The notes below the pieces were generated by a model, which searched no databases, was not told where the DNA came from, and worked only from the letters and a program-made list of their open reading frames with translations. Positions 42,278-46,037 of a stretch of 46,037 nucleotides of DNA are shown here, piece by piece (positions within the stretch are counted from its first letter, which is position 1; each line of letters starts with the position of its first letter). A program made the translations under genes and the position numbers. This stretch comes from Verrucomicrobiota bacterium (lineage in GTDB: Bacteria > Verrucomicrobiota > Verrucomicrobiia > Chthoniobacterales > UBA10450): assembly GCA_003218885.1 (NCBI GenBank), contig QHOV01000154.1, forward strand, positions 1-46,037, given 5' to 3'.

Positions 42278-42371
42278 CCTCCATCTCAGCTGCCTTTTGA
42301 CACTTGGAAAACGGCCCACAGGGCCGCCAACAATTGATAGTGCGGGAATCTGACCGATATTAGAACATCAA

Positions 42372-44999
42372 ATGGTTGGTTGGATTTTAAAGAAGATTTT
42401 AGGCTCGAAAAATCAGCGCGAGCTTAGGCGGCTTGCCCCGATTGTTCGCCGGGTCAACGAGCTGGATGAGCAGTTCAAGAGCTTGTCGGATGACGAGTTG
42501 CGGGCAAAGACCGCGGATTGGAAGGAAGAGTTTTCTAAAATTCCGGAGCTGGAAGATCAATGGAAAAAGCTGAATGAGATCTTGCCTGAAGCGTTTGCGG
42601 TAGTGAAGAATGCAGCGCGGCGGCTGAAAGAGCGGCAACACAGTTTCACCGTGTGCGATCAGCCGATGGTCTGGGACATGGTGCACTTCGATGTGCAGCT
42701 GCTCGGCGGAGTCGTTTTGCACCGGGGCCGGATCGCGGAAATGGCGACTGGCGAAGGCAAAACTTTGGTCGCGACGCTGCCGCTTTACTTAAATGCTCTC
42801 ACCGGGCGCGGCGCGCACCTGGTGACGGTGAACGATTATCTGGCGCGACGCGATGCGGAATGGATGGGGCAACTGTACGATTTCCTCGGGCTTACCGTTG
42901 GCTGCATTGAGCACGATCAAGAGCCCGATGTTCGTCGCGAACAATACGCGATGGACATCACCTACGGGACGAACAGCGAGTTCGGTTTCGATTATCTGCG
43001 CGACAACGGCATGGCAACCACACGCGAACAGCAAGTGCAACGCGGCTATCATTACGCCATCGTCGATGAGGTTGATTCCATTCTGATCGATGAAGCGCGG
43101 ACGCCGCTCATCATCAGTGGGCCGGCGACTATTTCCACGCACCAATACGACAAATGGAAACCGCTCATCGAGCAGTTGGTGCGGAAGCAAAACATGCTTT
43201 GCAACCGAGTGGCCAGCGAAGCCATCGAAAAATTTGAGCAAGGCGATGTGGAGACCGGCGGGCGTCTCATGTTCAAGGTGAAGCTCGGTCAGCCGCGCAA
43301 TAAACAGCTTTTGCGAATGATGGAAGACCCGGACAAGCGCCGCGCCATCGATAAAGCCGAGCTTTCCTTTTACCAGGACACACGCAAGGAAGAGCTCTTC
43401 GCGCTCAAGGAAGAACTTTTCTTCACCATCGACGAAAAATCGAATGAAGCCGATCTCTCCGAGCAGGGCCGCGCCTTTCTCAATCCCGATGATCCGAACG
43501 CATTTGTGCTGCCGGATTTGATTAACGAATTCACCGAGATCGATCTCGATCCAGGTCTGTCGCAAGAAGAGAAGGACAAGAAAAAAGCGGAGCGCCAGCA
43601 ACATTGCGACGCGCAGGCGGAGCGCATCCACAACATCTCACAGCTTCTGCGCGCCTACTGCCTGTTCGAGAAGGACGTCCAGTACGTCATCGAGGATAAC
43701 AAGGTGGTAATTGTCGACGAGTTCACTGGCCGAAAAATGCCAGGGCGGCGATGGAGCGATGGACTACATCAAGCGGTGGAAGCGAAAGAAGGCGTCCAGA
43801 TCGATCGCGAGACGCAAACTTTAGCCACGATCACCATCCAAAATTACTTCCGACTCTATCAAAAATTGTCGGGAATGACCGGCACGGCCGAGACGGAGGC
43901 CGCAGAGTTTCACGACATTTATAAACTCGACGTCAACATGATTCCGACCAATCGGCCGGTGCGGCGCACGGATTACAACGATCGCATCTACAAAACGCGA
44001 CGCGAAAAATACAACGCGGTCATTAAGGAGATCAAAGAAGCCCACGCCAAGACTCAGCCTGTGCTCGTTGGCAGCGTCAGCGTGGAAGCATCCGAACTGC
44101 TCAGCCGAATGCTGAAGCGCGAGAAAATTCCGCACAACGTTTTGAACGCGAAATTTCACATGCAAGAGGCCGAGATCGTCGCGCGCGCCGGGCAACCGGG
44201 CACGGTTACCATTTCAACCAACATGGCCGGGCGCGGCACGGATATTAAGCTCGGCCCTGGCGTCATAGAAGTCGGCGGACTGATGGTGGTTGGAACCGAG
44301 CGCCATGAAGCGCGCCGGATTGATCGGCAATTACGTGGACGCTGCGCGCGCCAGGGCGATCCCGGTGCATCACGCTTCTACGTAAGTTTCGAAGATGATT
44401 TAATGCGCAATTTCGGCGCGGCGGATCGAATGACGAAAATCATGGAACGATTCGGGCTCGAGGAAGGCCAGGAGCTTGAGCATCGATGGCTCAATAAATC
44501 GGTCGAGACGGCGCAGAAACGCGTGGAGCAGCGCAATTACATGATCCGAAAACGGACGCTCGATTTCGATGACGTGATGAACATGCAGCGCGAGGTGGTT
44601 TACACGTACCGCAACGAAGTGATCGATTCCGAGGAGCCGCGCAAACTCATCTACGAAGTGATCAACGAGGCGGTGCCATCGAAACTGAAGGAATATCTCG
44701 ATGTCGATGAACCGCATTACAACGGGCTCATCCATTGGGTGAATACGACTTTTCCGCTCGGCTTGACCAAAGAGAAAGCGGAATTCGAAACGCGGAGTGT
44801 CGAAGAGAACGCGCAGTTCCTGGTTGAAAAGATCAAGAACGCTTACGAGCGCAAATCAGCCTACGAAGAGTCCACGGCGGTGAACGATGGACGCGTTGCG
44901 CGAGGGTGTGTATCTCCGCGGCTACGCGCAAAAGGACCCGCTCATCGAATACAAGACCGAGGCGTACGATATGTTTGTCGAATTGATGGCAAACATTAA
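42372..44999 (+). CDS. secA: Preprotein translocase ATPase SecA, N-terminal ~838 codons in frame; reading frame then disrupted
   Basis: '[16 protein letters not shown]', '[14 protein letters not shown]', '[19 protein letters not shown]', '[13 protein letters not shown]', '[14 protein letters not shown]'. After '...[15 protein letters not shown]' (~44885) the translation becomes non-SecA-like. Confidence 0.9.
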   Translation: MVGWILKKILGSKNQRELRRLAPIVRRVNELDEQFKSLSDDELRAKTADWKEEFSKIPELEDQWKKLNEILPEAFAVVKNAARRLKERQHSFTVCDQPMVWDMVHFDVQLLGGVVLHRGRIAEMATGEGKTLVATLPLYLNALTGRGAHLVTVNDYLARRDAEWMGQLYDFLGLTVGCIEHDQEPDVRREQYAMDITYGTNSEFGFDYLRDNGMATTREQQVQRGYHYAIVDEVDSILIDEARTPLIISGPATISTHQYDKWKPLIEQLVRKQNMLCNRVASEAIEKFEQGDVETGGRLMFKVKLGQPRNKQLLRMMEDPDKRRAIDKAELSFYQDTRKEELFALKEELFFTIDEKSNEADLSEQGRAFLNPDDPNAFVLPDLINEFTEIDLDPGLSQEEKDKKKAERQQHCDAQAERIHNISQLLRAYCLFEKDVQYVIEDNKVVIVDEFTGRKMPGRRWSDGLHQAVEAKEGVQIDRETQTLATITIQNYFRLYQKLSGMTGTAETEAAEFHDIYKLDVNMIPTNRPVRRTDYNDRIYKTRREKYNAVIKEIKEAHAKTQPVLVGSVSVEASELLSRMLKREKIPHNVLNAKFHMQEAEIVARAGQPGTVTISTNMAGRGTDIKLGPGVIEVGGLMVVGTERHEARRIDRQLRGRCARQGDPGASRFYVSFEDDLMRNFGAADRMTKIMERFGLEEGQELEHRWLNKSVETAQKRVEQRNYMIRKRTLDFDDVMNMQREVVYTYRNEVIDSEEPRKLIYEVINEAVPSKLKEYLDVDEPHYNGLIHWVNTTFPLGLTKEKAEFETRSVEENAQFLVEKIKNAYERKSAYEESTAVNDGRVARGCVSPRLRAKGPAHRIQDRGVRYVCRIDGKH

Positions 45000-45309
45000 G
45001 AACGAAGTCTTGAACAATCTTTTCCGCAGCACCTCAAACTTGCAGGCGTTCGAGAATTTCCTGGCGACGTTGCCGCAATTTTTGCTGCGCGAACATGCGC
45101 CGACCGCGCCAACAGCCGGCGCTCCGTCGCGTGCGCGTCAGCCTCAACCAGTTGGCGCAATGGCGGGAGTAGCCGGAGATGGCGACGGCGCGGGCGAGGT
45201 GTCAATCGATCTTCCCATTCGTCGTTCAATTCCAAAAGTTGGCCGCAACGAACCGTGCCCCTGCGGCAGCGGGAAAAAATACAAGAATTGCTGCGGGCGG
45301 GTGGCGTGA
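44887..45309 (+). CDS. secA: SecA C-terminal fragment (other frame), including the zinc-binding tail
   Basis: '[23 protein letters not shown]' and C-terminal '[18 protein letters not shown]'. Confidence 0.88.
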   Translation: MDALREGVYLRGYAQKDPLIEYKTEAYDMFVELMANIKNEVLNNLFRSTSNLQAFENFLATLPQFLLREHAPTAPTAGAPSRARQPQPVGAMAGVAGDGDGAGEVSIDLPIRRSIPKVGRNEPCPCGSGKKYKNCCGRVA

Positions 45310-45334
45310 ATTTAGCGCGACGTCGTCTCAGCCT

Positions 45335-45362
45335 GTCATTCCGAGCGAAGTCGAGGAATCTC
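45335..45362 (+). repeat. Family-1 repeat, single arm
   Basis: GTCATTCCGAGCGAAGTCGAGGAATCTC, 25 nt downstream of the secA stop. Confidence 0.8.
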
Positions 45363-45481
45363 TAACTGCTTCAGAACCATCCCGCCGCCGATCGGTTGCC
45401 GACAAACGGAGCGTTCGCCCTGCAGCACCGACATTGAACGGACGGCACAGCGGAGGCGTTGGCGAAAGCGCTTCCTCAGCT

Positions 45482-45907
45482 CTATTCAATGCGCTCGCGA
45501 TAGACGCCATACACCGCGAGCTGCCCTATCAGAAGGCCAGCAAAGATGGACAGGAAAAACATGAACATCCAAAAGCCGCTCTGGGAAGTGCCGGGTAAGC
45601 GGAATGCAGCACCGACCGCCATCGCTCCCATGACGCAGCATGTGAGGAAAAGGCATTGGAGCGGATCGTGCCACCAATCCATAGAGAACCGTCGCCAGGA
45701 TGGACGACGAAGTGTCGTTTGCTTCGCGCCGTAGATTGAATACCAAACTGAACCGAGTGAGAGCAAAATTGCCGTTATGAGCGCCACAGCGCAAAACACA
45801 ACGTCAGGATTTGCGTTGCTCAGTCGCTCCGGCTCCATTTCAGCATAGCCGGTCCACATAGCAAGTCCGAGCAATCCGACATTCAGAGCGGCCCACACGC
45901 GCCACAT
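45482..45907 (-). CDS. Small integral membrane protein (4 predicted helices), unknown function
   Basis: 141 aa with four hydrophobic stretches and no recognised motifs. Confidence 0.5.
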   Translation of the reverse strand: MWRVWAALNVGLLGLAMWTGYAEMEPERLSNANPDVVFCAVALITAILLSLGSVWYSIYGAKQTTLRRPSWRRFSMDWWHDPLQCLFLTCCVMGAMAVGAAFRLPGTSQSGFWMFMFFLSIFAGLLIGQLAVYGVYRERIE

Positions 45908-45957
45908 AGAGCTAACGAAAGTTAGAACTAATTAGTGTGTCTTTAGAGGCGCACTTT

Positions 45958-46037
45958 TTAGGCTCGGCCTTCAAGATCGTAAGTCGTGACCTCGAGTATG
46001 TGACCGTCGGGATCGCGGAAATAAATGGAGTGCGAGA
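45958..46037 (-). CDS. VOC (glyoxalase/bleomycin-resistance/dioxygenase) family protein, C-terminal 25 codons only (runs off the window)
   Basis: Hand translation of the minus strand gives '...SHSIYFRDPDGHILEVTTYDLEGRA*'. 'S.YF.DPDG..LE' is the usual C-terminal VOC motif. Confidence 0.6.
   Translation of the reverse strand, partial: SHSIYFRDPDGHILEVTTYDLEGRA

Noticed and set aside
1-46037. CRISPR arrays, rRNA genes, transposases or IS elements, prophage genes, and toxin-antitoxin pairs (including the GNAT at 34423..34917 as a possible TacT-like toxin).
   Set aside because: There are no regularly spaced direct repeats, no rRNA-like sequence and no transposase, integrase or phage motifs in any frame. 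The GNAT resembles general PAT/MnaT-type acetyltransferases and has no small antitoxin-like partner.

Overview
This is a dense 46-kb chromosomal segment from a moderately GC-rich Gram-negative bacterium. Gene content (DUF1573, MauE, HprK/HPr/EI without EII, Mpa/Dop homologues, a TIGR03663-like GT-C protein) and several families of GC-rich intergenic hairpin repeats suggest a Verrucomicrobiota/PVC-type soil organism; this is inference only. Most genes are housekeeping: gatB, aroC, rpsA, asnS, speA, guaA, secA, aat, glycerate kinase, a CBS plus cystathionine gamma-lyase pair, hprK-ptsH-ptsI and rfbB/rfbD. There is one tRNA-Asp(GUC). I saw no rRNA, CRISPR array, transposase, integrase or phage genes. 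The main points worth a second look are: (1) an Mpa/ARC-type AAA ATPase overlapping a Dop-type Pup-deamidase homologue, with no Pup/UBact, PafA or 20S genes nearby and no GQYL-type ATPase tail; (2) a CBS/CGL junction with no stop codon and no usable start, where removing one base would give a single ~856-aa fusion ORF; (3) secA broken by an out-of-frame internal deletion; (4) a 1153-aa protein combining a GH18-like (probably inactive) domain, a NodB deacetylase and a processive GT2; (5) a pair of large GT-C-like membrane proteins set head-to-head with rfbB, with overlapping start codons; (6) an rfbD-DUF1573-rhodanese-MauE string; (7) a lipoprotein joining a catalytically dead trypsin-like domain to a TonB C-terminal domain, translationally coupled to an unknown ORF; (8) three GAATATTC palindromes upstream of a 49-aa basic ORF missing from the ORF track; (9) at least four short intergenic repeat families. 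All homology calls come from reading motifs by eye, because no searches could be run.
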